Source: Vicugna vicugna
Taxonomy: Eukaryota
Direction of reading: 5' to 3'
DNA length: 64,000 bases
NCBI GenBank assembly: GCA_013265495.1
Contig: MU058423.1
Location: 5,314,745 to 5,378,744 of the forward strand
Positions within the stretch are counted from its first letter, which is position 1. Every line of letters begins with the position of its first letter. Of the stretch, positions 1 to 12,293 are shown piece by piece. The position numbers and the translations under genes are program-made. The notes below the pieces were generated by a model. It did no database searches and was not told the origin of the DNA. It was given only the letters and a program-made list of their open reading frames with translations.

Positions 1-3000
1 TTCCTGAATAATACCTATTTTTACAACTTTACAGTCTAGTTCTGGTTTTCTTGAACTGTTGTGGTGTCATGACTTGGATAGGATCAGAGTTACCATTGGA
101 CCCCAAACACATAGCCTTTGTCTCCACTCCTGGCTGATGAATCAGTCAGTCATTGGTGAGTCTTAACTCCTACACCTGTGCTCTGAAGTCACACTCCATT
201 GAAGCACTATAAAGACAGATTCTTGATTCTTAACATTCTAAGCACTTTCTGTAGATTAGAGGCCCATGAACTCTCTTTTCCCTTCTTGTTGGCATAACTT
301 TATGAATAATAGTATGGAACTTCAGTTGTCTCTTTGGGACTTAAGATCTCCCCAAACTGACTCCCCTAAGACCTTCCCCTTCCCATTTTTCTGTTCCTCC
401 TCCTCCCTTTGTAACCTCCAATTTTCCCTTCAACTCCCTTGAATTCTTTGGTATATCCGCCTTCAAATCCTCCTCCATCCCTTTGTGTGACGTTTCCCTT
501 GCCATGGCTGCCCCTCGGTTAGCTGCTCCCATCATGTCTCTCAAGAAACTCAGGAAACCCCCAAATAACTGCTTGAGGCTGAATGGAACAAAAGGGAAAA
601 AAAACACCTAATTGGAAACACACTAGATATTTTATCCATTTGCATGAATTTTGGAAACATCCAGACAGCTGTATGCTGTTGCATCAGTCTCTTACCTAGA
701 AGGCAGTCCACAGTTTCCAAAAGATTACATATTAGGGCAAAAGAAAATCTTAAAAGTTTCCTTCATAAATATTGGTAAAAAGCTCTAGCATTTATATTGA
801 ACAGATAATCTTAACTTGTTCCGTCTGCTGTAAACACAATTCGGATGCAAATGTAAAGTAGAGCAAAGATAAGAGTATGTTACCCTATTTGTCTGACACA
901 TTGTTAAAATTTTAAGATAAAAGCAGTAGGATCTATATGCCTGTCTGTGTGTGTTTATGTGTGTTTATGCAGGTTATGTGTGTATGATATTTTTCTACCT
1001 CTAGAAGGTATTAACAAATTAATTTATCAAATCCTTTAAAGGAATTCTATTTAGAGTGGCTAAGAGATAAATGAGCATTGAGATTAATAAATATTGCTAA
1101 AACTCCCCAAAATAATAGAAACTAACCCAAATGCTTTTCAAGTTCACATGACTTGGATAAATCTTTGACAAATAAGATTAGTTGGATATTGTTAGTTTAA
1201 TAAAAACAGCTGTCTTCTGGGCTGTCATCACTTAATTATAATATAAACATGCATTTTGTAATTAAGTTTTTTAGGTTTTTTGCTTTTGTGATACTTGCCT
1301 AACATGCATGTTCTATTAAAAAAATTAACAAGGAAATAATTTGCGATGGTGGCTAGCTTTGTTTAATATTATTATATATGTGTGTGAAAACAGTTTCCAA
1401 GTCTTTTTTAGTAACTTGAAACATTAGACCTATGCTAAATTAAGCCATAAATATTCACTAAATATTTAGATAATTTCTAAGCAAAAAAAAAATACTGAAA
1501 TACTTATTGCTAAGCATAGGTTTAAGTTTACACACTTTTTAAAATTTTTATATGATATATAGAAGCTAAATATATTTGGTTCATTTAATAGATATGGAGA
1601 AACTTGGAAAAAATATACCACGAGGTAGCATAAACGTATAAAAATTGTGAGATACTGTATTCATAAAATTTGCTAGTCTGCTATAAAATCCTAGTATGTG
1701 ACCCAATATTTCACAATAGTCTACTTCCTAGAGTTCTCTGTAAAAGAAAGTTACTAATGGTTTATTCCAGAATGAGAAAGAGGAAAATATAGGGGGGTAA
1801 AAAACAGGAATGTGAAAAAAAAATTATAGAAGTTTTGTGCGGTAGAAGTCTTGGAAAAGGAATCGTCTTATGTGATCAAAGTTGGCTAAGATTGGATGGG
1901 TTTCTGTATGAGATTTTTAAAAAATGAGGCCCATAAAGTACAGATGCAAAATTACACTATCGTACAAAGAGTTTGGTTTTCTCTCTGTTAAAAGAAACAA
2001 AATTTTCTTGAATTACTTACCTGTTCTTAATAAAAGATGATAAAAGGCTTTTCTTTTCCTTTTAAGTAAGCTGCCTAGGAATCCAAGATTTTGTCTTACT
2101 AGAATAATTTCCTGTGCTTTGTGTTAATCTTTATATTCTCAATTATTTAATAGAACTTAAATATTTTTCCATAGTGATCTGTGATCCTGTTTAATCAAGT
2201 GTTCAAACATTTTGACATTTTTGACAAGTTCCCAAAATCAAATTCTAAATTAATCCCTTTTGTTTTCAAACTGAGATATTCCAGAAGGCCCCTGGAAAAT
2301 CTCAAAGGATTTGTTCTCTCACATTGTGAAAACGAGATGTTAAACTAATTCAGTTTATTTAATATGTTGAATGCATAAGAAGGCATAATCACGTAAGAAG
2401 AGATGCCTCAGCCTCCCTCAGGTTATATTGGTCTGGGTAAATATTAGTAATATAAGTATTTTAGAAACTGTACGAGTTTCATAAAATTTGCCAGTACCCT
2501 CACTGTCCATGATAGATTGTGTATGATGTTATCAGTCATAATTCCAGTTATTACTTAAAAATGTTCTATGCCATAGAAATAGTCAGATTTCCTTGTCAGA
2601 TGAACTGTCAGATCTTTCGACATGGCCATGACCATTTTTTCTTTTGTGATCCACAATAGTTTCTATTTCACTCTGATTCTTCTGGGAATGAATTTGTAAT
2701 CAGCTAAGGCCAGAATGCTTTATCTTCAATGATAAGTGACCCATGAGTCTCAGAGACCCATGGAAAGGACTATAATAGATTTCTGGTGTGCAGGCTTCTG
2801 ACAGCATTGTTTAAATAGTCCTAAAAGCATGCCACTGAACTGAGTAAGGATTTTCAGAACTCTAGTGAAGAAGCTGATGGATTCATAAAACTGCTAACCC
2901 AAGATCAGGCAGAACAAGAATAAATTACACAGGGCTGAATGGAATGATCAAGGATGATTACAATTTTTGCTTGAGATATTGCTAGATTTTTAGTGTTCTA

Positions 3001-4421
3001 TTTTCTGTATGTAAGGTGTCCTTTCCCCTTCCACTATCTATAACTCATAGCAGATTAGTAGATTATACTTTTGTATACCTGCTCCCTCCAGAATTTGAAA
3101 GCTATTATGAAATATTCTTACTTTAATTAAATTATAATTATTTGTGGAAGTTCGATAAGAATCTGTCCTCCCTAAAACAGGACATAATTGAAAACATTGT
3201 GCTACCAAGGTTTGCCTGTAATGTCATATTTGAGAACAATGCAAAGACTCAGATATGACCAGATAGCTCTAAAGAACTAAGGTTGACTTTATGGAACCAA
3301 TGCTTTAGAGCCTTCTTGGAAAAACTTTCCTGGTACCTGGCTTATAGGATTCATAGCCTTAGAGGTGAATAAAGTTTGCTCCTTGGCAGGCCCAGAAGAT
3401 TGGGGTATTTTAGGATATCATGAAAAGAGGGATTCACCCAATCTGTAGGTAATAGAGTGGAAGTCTGATGGTGAGTTCTTGGTGTGGTGTCCTAGGTTTA
3501 AGAGGCTTTTGAAAGTCTAATCTGAGAATCTTCATAAAAAGATCCAGCAAAGCAAATTCAAAAAGGCCTATCTGGTCAATTACCATTCTTGTTGCACTTA
3601 TGTAAATATGCAGGCCAAATCGAATGAGAGCACATTTATTTTGTAAAAAAGAATGAAAAGAGGTGTGACAATGGAGACAAATTTTTGTGATTCAGTGGGA
3701 AACTATAGCACACCTGTGTAGTTTTTTTATTAGCATATAAACTTGTTCATGGTCCTTGAGGAAGTTTTCACCTCTAAGTAAACTGTTTTACTTTCTATTT
3801 TTTAATCTACCTGTGAATTGATCTGGATCTTGTCTTATGCAGTCTGTTAGTAATTAGCATTTCCAGTTTTTCTCTTATCCTCCTGACTTGGCATCCCTGG
3901 AAACTAAAACTGCCCTTTTCCTGAAGCCCTGTAAGCTGAAGCTGGATGATTTGATGTATTAACTTCAGAAAATCACCACCACAGATCATGTATGGGCACC
4001 CTTCATGCCCACTGCTCTGGGTCACTCAGAAAGTTCACTAGAACACCTAGTGCCATTGTCAAATACATTCAACTGCAAACCAGGATATCCACTGAATTGC
4101 CGCTGTTGTCCTCACTAACTCCACCATCGAAAGGTGCTTCCAGCCCAACATCTAAAAATCTACCCAACTGACTGCCTTCTGGGCTCAGAAACTGGGTGTC
4201 CAACTCTTAATCTTTGCCTTTTTTAATTTTTTTTAATTTTCACAGAAACTCCCCTCATTAAATGCCTGACTTTTTGTACCTTTCAGTAAAAAAAACCCTA
4301 CCACCAAGTTCCATTAGATAGTTAAGCTGATACTTAATGAGTAAAAGACAACTGAATGAGAAATAGACATATTCAGAGGGTATAAGACTGCCTCTCTTTT
4401 TACTGAAGCAAGAAGAGGAAC
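1..4421 (+). mobile_element. ERV1 (MER4-group, MER31-int-like) internal region, non-coding and decayed, cut by the window start
   Basis: AT-rich internal sequence with no gag/pol/env-sized ORF. It runs into a polypurine tract (AAGAAGAGGAAC, 4410-4421) immediately followed by the TG start of an LTR. Confidence 0.7.
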
Positions 4422-4860
4422 TGAGGAGACACGCTTCTTGACCAGACTTTGCTAGGCAGTCTTCTCTAAATCCTCTAAGCGCTGATTTTGATGTCCATCC
4501 TGTGGGGTCTGCCTGGCGCAGATTTAGCAGATTTCAGTTGGGCCAGAATTCCCCACCCTTGATGTCTGATCAAATTCCGCATCTCCCACCGTCCCCCAAG
4601 TGATCCCTGTTCACTCTAGCCTGCCTTCCACAAGAATCCCATTAGGTCTGTTTAACAGAAACCCCCCTCTTCTTGACATTTTCTCTTAATTTTTCATCCC
4701 CTGATCTCCTTGCTGCATAGCTCTATCTCCACTTGTCCATGCTGTATGTGGAATTGAGTTCTAAACTGAGATCTCTTTCTCTTACTGTAATGGTTCCTGA
4801 ATAAAATCTTTTTTTTTTTTTAACCACTTTAACAGCTGCTGAGCTCTGGTTTTCTTTAAT
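4422..4860 (+). mobile_element. 3' LTR, MER31/MER67-like (ERV1)
   Basis: Starts with TG after the PPT. CTTGACCAGACTTTGCTAGGC resembles the recalled MER31 5' motif CTTGACCAAACTTTAGTCAGGC. AATAAA at 4800-4805, ends CTCTGGTTTTCTTTAAT. Confidence 0.75.
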
Positions 4861-5109
4861 GCTTATCAGAGCTATATACATAAATCGTTTCAGGAATACA
4901 AAAGATAATTAAAATACCAAATGAGTAATACAAAGAGGTACTAATTAGTTGAATTCAAGCTAATTTATCTAGAAAGCTAAATATGATTTTATTTAAGACA
5001 TAGATTGCAACATAAATATAAATAGAGATAAAAGTAAAATGATATATTCAGGTGAAACTTAGAAGGCTGATTTCACTGATACTGCAGCTTTTGTAATGGA
5101 CATAATCCT

Positions 5110-5350
5110 ATTAGTGCTAATAAGAATTAAGATTTTTTGGGTATTCTGTTCTAAGTACTTTGCAGGTATTATGTCTTTTAATCCTTACAAGCACCTTATG
5201 CAGTAGGGACTACTACTATCTCCTTTTTAGATGTTATTTTAGATACAGATTTTTAAATAAAACTCAAATAAAAACGGAAAATAAAACATCAAAGTTCACG
5301 AACCAAGTATCTTGTGTAAGTGAAGGCTGGATAGAACTCTGGAGTGAAAG
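5110..5350 (-). mobile_element. MIR SINE remnant
   Basis: TTTAATCCTTACAAGCACCTTATGCAGTAGGGACTACTACTATCTCCTTTTTAGATG matches the antisense MIR core. Confidence 0.7.
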
Positions 5351-5539
5351 AGAAACCATGGTTTTACAAGGCAGATCCTGAATGCAGAGGTGATATATTC
5401 TAATGCAATTATAATTTCCACAATCAAATAATTCATTTCAAAATATCTCATTATTAGCTTGTCTAACTTGCTGTAAGCCAGCTCACTTAAAAAAAAAAGT
5501 CTCCACTTGGTGTTTTTCATCTCACTAATTCTTGTTTCA

Positions 5540-6840
5540 CATAAACACATTTCGCTGTGGCCCTGGAGGTGTTAACAGCTCCTCTGTTACCACCAGCAGG
5601 ATATTGCAATGTTCCCTATAGTTTTTATGCACCCTAAAAATAATTTTGTAAGTAGTCCCTCCACAACCTGGGAGTGGGCAGGATAATGATTAGTGGGTGG
5701 AGAGCCCATTTCCTGAGCCTTAGAACTGTGTTCTACAGCGTGCCACGAACATTCCAAATGTTTACCTCATTAACTATAGGTCATCTTGAGTCCAGGCCTT
5801 AATTAACTAACATAGTAAACTAATTACACCTTTCCCAGGTGTTCAAGCCAATCCATTAAATCCAAAATCCCGGATAAGTTACACCGTTGGCAAGGAATGC
5901 AGCCCACTGAGCCTTATATTTTGTCCAACTTGCTCTATCCCCTGTATTACATCCTCCATTTATGTACCTCCAACTCCTGACGGACTAGATCTGTGAAATT
6001 CCATCTTTCTTCATGTAGGTTGTCTCCACATATAGGCCTTTACCTCTCACGCTAGGCTATCCTATACTGGAATGAATATCATTAAAGGCTTGGAGACTCT
6101 CGAATGGTGATGGTAAATTCTGAGGAAAATAAGCTTCAACTTTTGGGGCAGCTTCTCCAGGTGAAGTTACAGAGAGGCTTTTATGTCAAAGAGGGACTGG
6201 TTGCTTCAAAAATGGGAGGGATGTCTATCTTCAGTGGCAAGGGAGATGCGGGGGAATGTGTAAGTTTGATATTCTTGACCTTATCTACATCTGCCTAAAT
6301 TTCCTCATTCCATGTTTTAAGGTCCTATTCCGACCCTACAAGTGTTCTTTTTTAGCCCAGGAGATATGGAGTGTGGAGTGTGGGGCATTTAACTGCCAAC
6401 CTAACTCACTCTCTCTCTTTCTCTGTTTCAGTCTGACGTTCCTGGCTATTAAAGGAGATGAAGAACTCATTTTAAATTTCCATGAAGGTTCCTAATTTTA
6501 TATCCCTGACTTTTAATTTCCCTTTTCCTTAGACACAAACTTTATTACTATCTTGAGAAGCCAGGTGACTCTTAGAGACTTTATTAGCAATATTTTTAAC
6601 GTAACAACCAAGTACCATAGTCACTTGCTCTCAGAATACACTGACGTCGACTTGTGTGTATGCCGTGTTACTAATGTTGATCATTTGATTGGCCCTGATT
6701 ATATTGCATACTATAGACATCCCATGTTTCATTTCCCTAGCCAGGCAGAAATCTCTGAGCATATCTAATATGTGAGCATCCTAATCCAAGAATTCTGTTT
6801 GGAGGATTTACTTCCCAGGACCACTTTTAGTATCAGTTAC
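5540..6840 (-). mobile_element. Decayed ERV-L internal sequence with probable LTR fragment at the left end
   Basis: GACCACTTTTAGTATCAG (about 6819-6836) is a degenerate reverse complement of the ERV-L tRNA-Leu PBS region (TGGTACCAGAAGTGGTC) and abuts the LTR. 5540-5665 resembles an LTR33-type 3' end. Confidence 0.45.
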
Positions 6841-7285
6841 TGTATCAAATGAATCCAATCATAATTCAGGTGGTGCTCCCTCAAATTAGGATGGTTTGAA
6901 GATTTCATAAAAGATGAACAGAGAAGGGGGAAATCACAGAGGATAATGTAGCACATCAGGGTTAGAAACTGTAGAGCTACAAATACCCTTTTACCCAAAG
7001 GATTTAGGACAGGGAGCAGTATCCAGGCCCTGGAAGAAGAGCAAACTAAAGAGGATTGTCCTGATAAAAGCAATGACCCTTGTATAAGGGGCAATGAAAG
7101 CCTCAGTTGCTGTCAATGAGTAGGAAAAGAAATAGTAAATACCCATAATTGCTCTACTTCCTCCCTCTCTTCTCTTGCTGGGTCTCCCCATTGGCTAAAC
7201 ACAGAGAAAGAGAGGGAAACTGAGCCCAGGGTACAGGTTAAAGTGAAGAAGGTAGAAGTCAATCTTGCAGGGCAAATGTGTGACA
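6841..7285 (-). mobile_element. ERV-L LTR, LTR33-like
   Basis: CTCCCATTGGCTAAAC...GAAGAAGGTAGAAGTCAATCTTGCAGGGCAAATG matches the recalled antisense LTR33 terminus. Begins TGTATC next to the PBS remnant. Confidence 0.6.
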
Positions 7286-7311
7286 TCTGACAAATGATGC
7301 ATATGATGATC

Positions 7312-7768
7312 TGGCTGGAGAAAAACCAGAGCCAGACAATAGTTGCAGTAAAAACAGGTTTCCTTCAGGAACTGTTACAATAGAGAAAAAGAGACTTTGG
7401 TATTGAATGGGGCTCAACTCCAAATATAACCTGGACAAGTGAAGACTTAAAGCCAAGGAGTGGGTTAGGGTCAGTGGTTTAAAAATTACTAAGGGGAAAT
7501 CTTGGGAGTATGGGGAGGTTCTGGCTAAACTGACTTGACGAGATTCTTGCTGAAGGCAGGCCCGGGATAATCTGATGTCATCTGGAGGATGAGGAATTAG
7601 ATCAGGTATCAAGAGTGATCCGATGTCAAGAGTGAGTGTCCTCTCCAAACTGACTTAACAGGACCCTTGCTCAAACTGGGCTGTTCTGGTCTGGCCAGGA
7701 CAGGGACTAGTTAAGAAGAGGGTTTATGGGAGCCTGACTAAAGTTTGGTCAAGTTGAGTCTTTTTTGT
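7312..7768 (-). mobile_element. Solo LTR, MER31-like (ERV1)
   Basis: The reverse complement contains CTTGACCAAACTTTAGTCAGGCTCCC. The left end GAAAAACCAGAGCCAG mirrors the end of the 4422-4860 LTR. Confidence 0.75.
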
Positions 7769-7779
7769 GTGTATCTTTC

Positions 7780-8480
7780 CTTAATATCTCTGATCAGAAG
7801 TCTAACTGGTTTTACAAGGTTACCAGATCCAAACCTAAAATATGCTCTTCCTTGAGTTCTCCCTAAATGAGTTTAAAAAAAAAGAAAAGAAAATCACCAT
7901 TGAAACATTTGCTCAAATGAACTTGGTGCTGTCTTTGACTCTTACCACATATCACATTAGCTAAATGCGTTGACTGTATCATGTGAGTGAACCATTTGAA
8001 TGAAAGCATGCTGACTCTAACCACCTACTAGTTTCTCCACCCTAGTCAAAATGACCACCGAAATAGCCTTCTCACTGTTCTCTCTCCTTTCAATCTTAAA
8101 TACTTGTAGAGTATTTTATAATTACTGGGATCCTGTAAAAATATAAGTAAAAAAAAAATCATTCTATCATCTTCATTCTTAAAATCCTGTAAGAATTTAT
8201 GTCACATGTAAAACAAAATCCAAAGTCCATACTATGGCATATAAGGCTTTAAAAAATCTAAAGTCTGGCTGTCTTTATAGCCTGGTTTCCTACTTCGTTC
8301 ACAAATTCTGCTTTAGTCACACTGGCTTCCTTCTTTTTCCTTAGCCACTACCAAGCTGACTTCTGCCTCTGGACCCTTGCTATTTGCTCTACCTGAAATT
8401 CTCTTTCCCCAGTTTTCAGAGGCTCACTAAAATCATTCAAGCCTCTGCTGAAATATCTTCTCAGATATCCCACTCCTAAT
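7780..8480 (+). mobile_element. LINE-2 3' region remnant
   Basis: L2 motifs AAAATCCAAAGTCCATACTATGGCATATAAGGC and TTTAGTCACACTGGCTTCCTT. Confidence 0.7.
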
Positions 8481-8484
8481 CAAT

Positions 8485-8790
8485 ATGTAATATTACATAT
8501 CTAATTGTACATATTATAATTTTATATAATTTTATATACATAAAGAATATAATATATAATCAGTAGTTATATATAACATAATTTTAAGCATTACTGTTAT
8601 ATGTATACATTATATATAGCATGTATATTTCCTTTAATATATTTATGATAATATATAATATAAATAACATTTAATATACATATATTAATATGTATTATTT
8701 ACTTATGCACATATGTATAATTTTATACATATATGATTTTATATATATAAGGAATATAGGACAATATAATAATAGTTATTAAGATAGTAT
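8485..8790. repeat. TA-rich low-complexity tract
   Basis: Degenerate TATA/ATAT repeats visible directly. Confidence 0.85.
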
Positions 8791-10078
8791 GATGCAACCA
8801 TATTATCTGAGCAGTAACTCTCAAACTTTTAAGATTTAATTAAATTAGAAAAGATAGTTTTATAAAAATGTTTTCATTAAACATATAAATAGAAAGCACA
8901 TTTTTCTCGTATAGCAATTTTTAAGAATAAGTGAAGGAGCCTATAAAATGTAATATTGATACCTTTGAAATAATTTGATAAATGTATCTTAATTATATTC
9001 TAATTTTCCTCTAGTAATTGATTCCTATTTTTGAGTTGAAAACTCAGTTTTGGTTTTTCAGAGCACTAGGCTTTTTTCAGTAGCTAAAATTAACGTTGAG
9101 ATTGAGGTGGGGTAGAACTCCTGTTGACATTAAGTTATGTCCATCTTTTATCTTTGGTCAAATGTTTCACATAACTTCTTAAAGTTGTATGAGGCATATA
9201 CAGGGACAAATTTGATTTATTCACTCAACTTGCCTGTTCTAAAGTTTATAATTTGTTTGACTTTATTTAGAAGGAAATAAACAAGAGGCGTTAGGGTAAA
9301 ATACAGCAATAATTATGCGTAACTTTATTTAAAGAAGTAAATATTTTGACTTAATTTTCTAGACTTTTCTTGAATATTTATACTACCAATTATTGTGAAC
9401 TTTAGTTCTGCATATAAATTCTGTCACAAAATGTATAATACTTAAGAGCATTTTACCTAAGACAAGATTTGCCTAAGATTTAGGAATGTATCATTTCTAA
9501 ACTTCTCTAGAAATAAAACCTCTCAGAAACTCTTCTGTAAAGGGCCTGTATTCCCTTAGAAAAAAAGTGGCTGGGGGATATAAACTCGTATTTAATCAAG
9601 AATTTCTTTAGCAGAAACTTAAATTGGTTTCATCATAGTTGCAAACATCTCTCTTATGTAGTAACTATTGGGGAAGATAGTGGCATTTTTTTTCTCCTAG
9701 GGTTAAATTCATTTCTAAATTTAGAAAGTAAGTGGAAATATAATAATATTGCTGCCATTTAAATGAAGATGGTATAGATGTTGAATTACACTTAACCATG
9801 AGGCGGCAATTGGAAACTGACATATTAAAATAAAAAGTTAACTGGAAGCTCTGTGGTTTCACAGATACGTGTGTCTTCTTTCTATTGTTCTAATTTTGGA
9901 ACATCAAATATCAAGTAAAACTGAGTCTTTGCCTGGGTGGTGGTGGTGACTCAGCCTTGACTAGTTAATGTGAAGTAGGCATTCAGCACAGACATTTTTT
10001 TCATGACATTGTGGACTATCTAGAGCTCTGACTCACAGCTTCTTTTATTAAGGGTGAAGTAAAAGCAGTTGTACTCAC

Positions 10079-10162
10079 AGTTCCCATCATCTCTAATTCC
10101 ATCAGCATTTATAGTATTTGCTTGGTTTCTTCTTAGTATGAAATCTCTGGCCTCTGTGCTGT
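10079..10162 (-). other. Candidate 84-nt phase 1-1 exon (xSTEARDFILRRNQANTINADGIRDDGN), gene unidentified
   Basis: Minus strand: TTATTATTTTCTCTGTAG acceptor and ACT|GTGAGT donor, one frame open, in non-repeat sequence. Confidence 0.3.
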
Positions 10163-10974
10163 CTACAGAGAAAATAATAAAATGTAGACAGTTGTGTTTA
10201 TAAAGAGGCTGATGTACGGGAAATACATAATTACAGCTAATTAAAATAGAAAAGAATGCTCTTATCCATGTTCTTTCAGTAATTTGCAAACAAGATTGTA
10301 GAGTCAAAAGATCTGTTAACCATGTAAACAGCTTTTCATATAAACGTTCTATCCATTTGTTACTTCACTTCCTATTATTTTATTTTGCAGATGAAATAGA
10401 TAATATCTCTCTCAGAATAATATATTTAGGTATTTTTTTCTTCTCAACTCTGAAAGGCATTTAAGAGAAAACATGCAAACTATAATCTGATGATTAGAAC
10501 ATATATCACAATATATATGAATCTCTTCTATGGCATAATAGTCTACAGGTTTCAGACTTTTAACTCTTAAATTCATTGCAATCATCAAAAAAAGAAAAAA
10601 GTTTGCTCAAATGATTAACAGATTCCAGTTTTGAGTCAATAATATTAAAAAATCTGAGTCACGCATTTTGTTTACTGACTTTAAAGAGAACAAAGTTTTC
10701 TAATTTGTTAGTCCAATGTTTTTAACATTACAATATAATAAGTCAGTGTCTGTTTAAATGGGAAACCATCCTCTCAGCTGGTCTTCTTAACAGCCATTAT
10801 TTTGGCCAGTTCACACGTTGTTCATATCTAACAATTGTGTATGAAATAATAGAATATTTAAATAATATTTTGGGGAATAAATATATATCTCAGCAGGATT
10901 TTGGCTTTGAATTAAAAGTAAACACCCATATTGATTAGATAATTTATTGTAAAATAATGTTCTAGCATTAGGAA

Positions 10975-11119
10975 GAAACTATATTCAATATGTTGTAGTA
11001 GCCTATAATGAAAAAGAAAATGAAAATGAATATATATATGTATATGTATGACTGAAACACCAGAAATTGACACAACACTGTAAAATGACTATACTTCAAT
11101 TTAAAAAAATGCAAAAAAA
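10975..11119 (+). mobile_element. Short 5'-truncated young L1 3' end
   Basis: CACCAGAAATTGACACAACACTGTAAAATGACTATACTTCAAT followed by an A-rich tail, the same 3' end as the L1 at 12294-14659. Confidence 0.85.
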
Positions 11120-12293
11120 TAGTAACTGCCTACATTGATTAGTCTTTATTGTGAAAAAAAAATTCTATCACTAGGAAAAAAATCATCTTAGTATTGGTCA
11201 ACCGTTAGTGGGTTCCCAAATAAAAAATTATTGCGAGACATTAGGTACATCTTTTGAGACAGAGTATATGCTATATAAATCATATCTTTCATAGTTGTTG
11301 TCTTCTGTATTATTTTAGGATGTACCGTTCTTTTATATAAATAAGTATCTAAAATATGGAAATTTCTTTTCTGAATGTGTGATTAATTTCTTTCTAGCTA
11401 AAGAGATTTCCCCCATGATCAAATTCATTTTTCTCTGTTTTGGAATTCTGCCTGAAATATGCTTATTTTTATTTATGAAAAATGTGCCAGAAGATCTGCA
11501 AGTGCAATTTCATAACACTTATATAAGCATATTTTTTCTATTTTAAAATTGAGCTTACAGCTAGAAATAGCAGAACAAATGGAAGAAATATCATTATGAA
11601 TTTGTAAATGCTGTGAATTCAATAGTGTGGCTAAGAAAATGAATGACAATACTTTGGCAATATTTCATTTGAATATGATATTAAGTGGACAGAATGTGTT
11701 TATTAAGTAAAAGTGAGATATATATGTGAAATATATCATTCTAAAAGTTTTTTACTGAGCACACAAGAGTTTATATTTTAAAATATTGGAAACTGGGATT
11801 GGGTAAACTGTGTATATTAAAATGAGCCTATCATTTTTTATTTTTAGTTTTTCCAATATGGTGTGCCAGTTATTGATTTATTGTCTCTCAGCTACAAGTT
11901 CACCCTTTTTGCCTGCTCTGTGAAAATGAAACTGACACCTCTAAATATTTTCCATTAACACCTGACACTGAATATTTGTCAGTAGAGGTAAACAGACATT
12001 GAAGAATAAAGGGTTTTATTTCCTGTTATTGTTGTGCTCATTTGGCATGCTCCTACGAGTATGCTGGGCTTAGCACCAGGCTCCTACCATATACCTTTCT
12101 CCATAGCCTGGCTCTTGCTTTACATGGAAGCCAGCAGCATCTAGCAACCAACAGCTTTCCCCTGACGCCGCCGTGGTGAGACACTTCCTCCTAAATAGCT
12201 TTCACCAGCACCTTAGCAGATTTCTGGCAAGTTCACCACAGCAACTTACCTGCCAGTTAGTGAACAACAGCTCTGCCTTCTCCAAAAGATCTT

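Noticed and set aside
1..4421. Possible intact or domesticated ERV gene (env/syncytin-like)
   Set aside because: There is no + strand ORF of 60 aa or more in the ORF track and I saw no env motifs.
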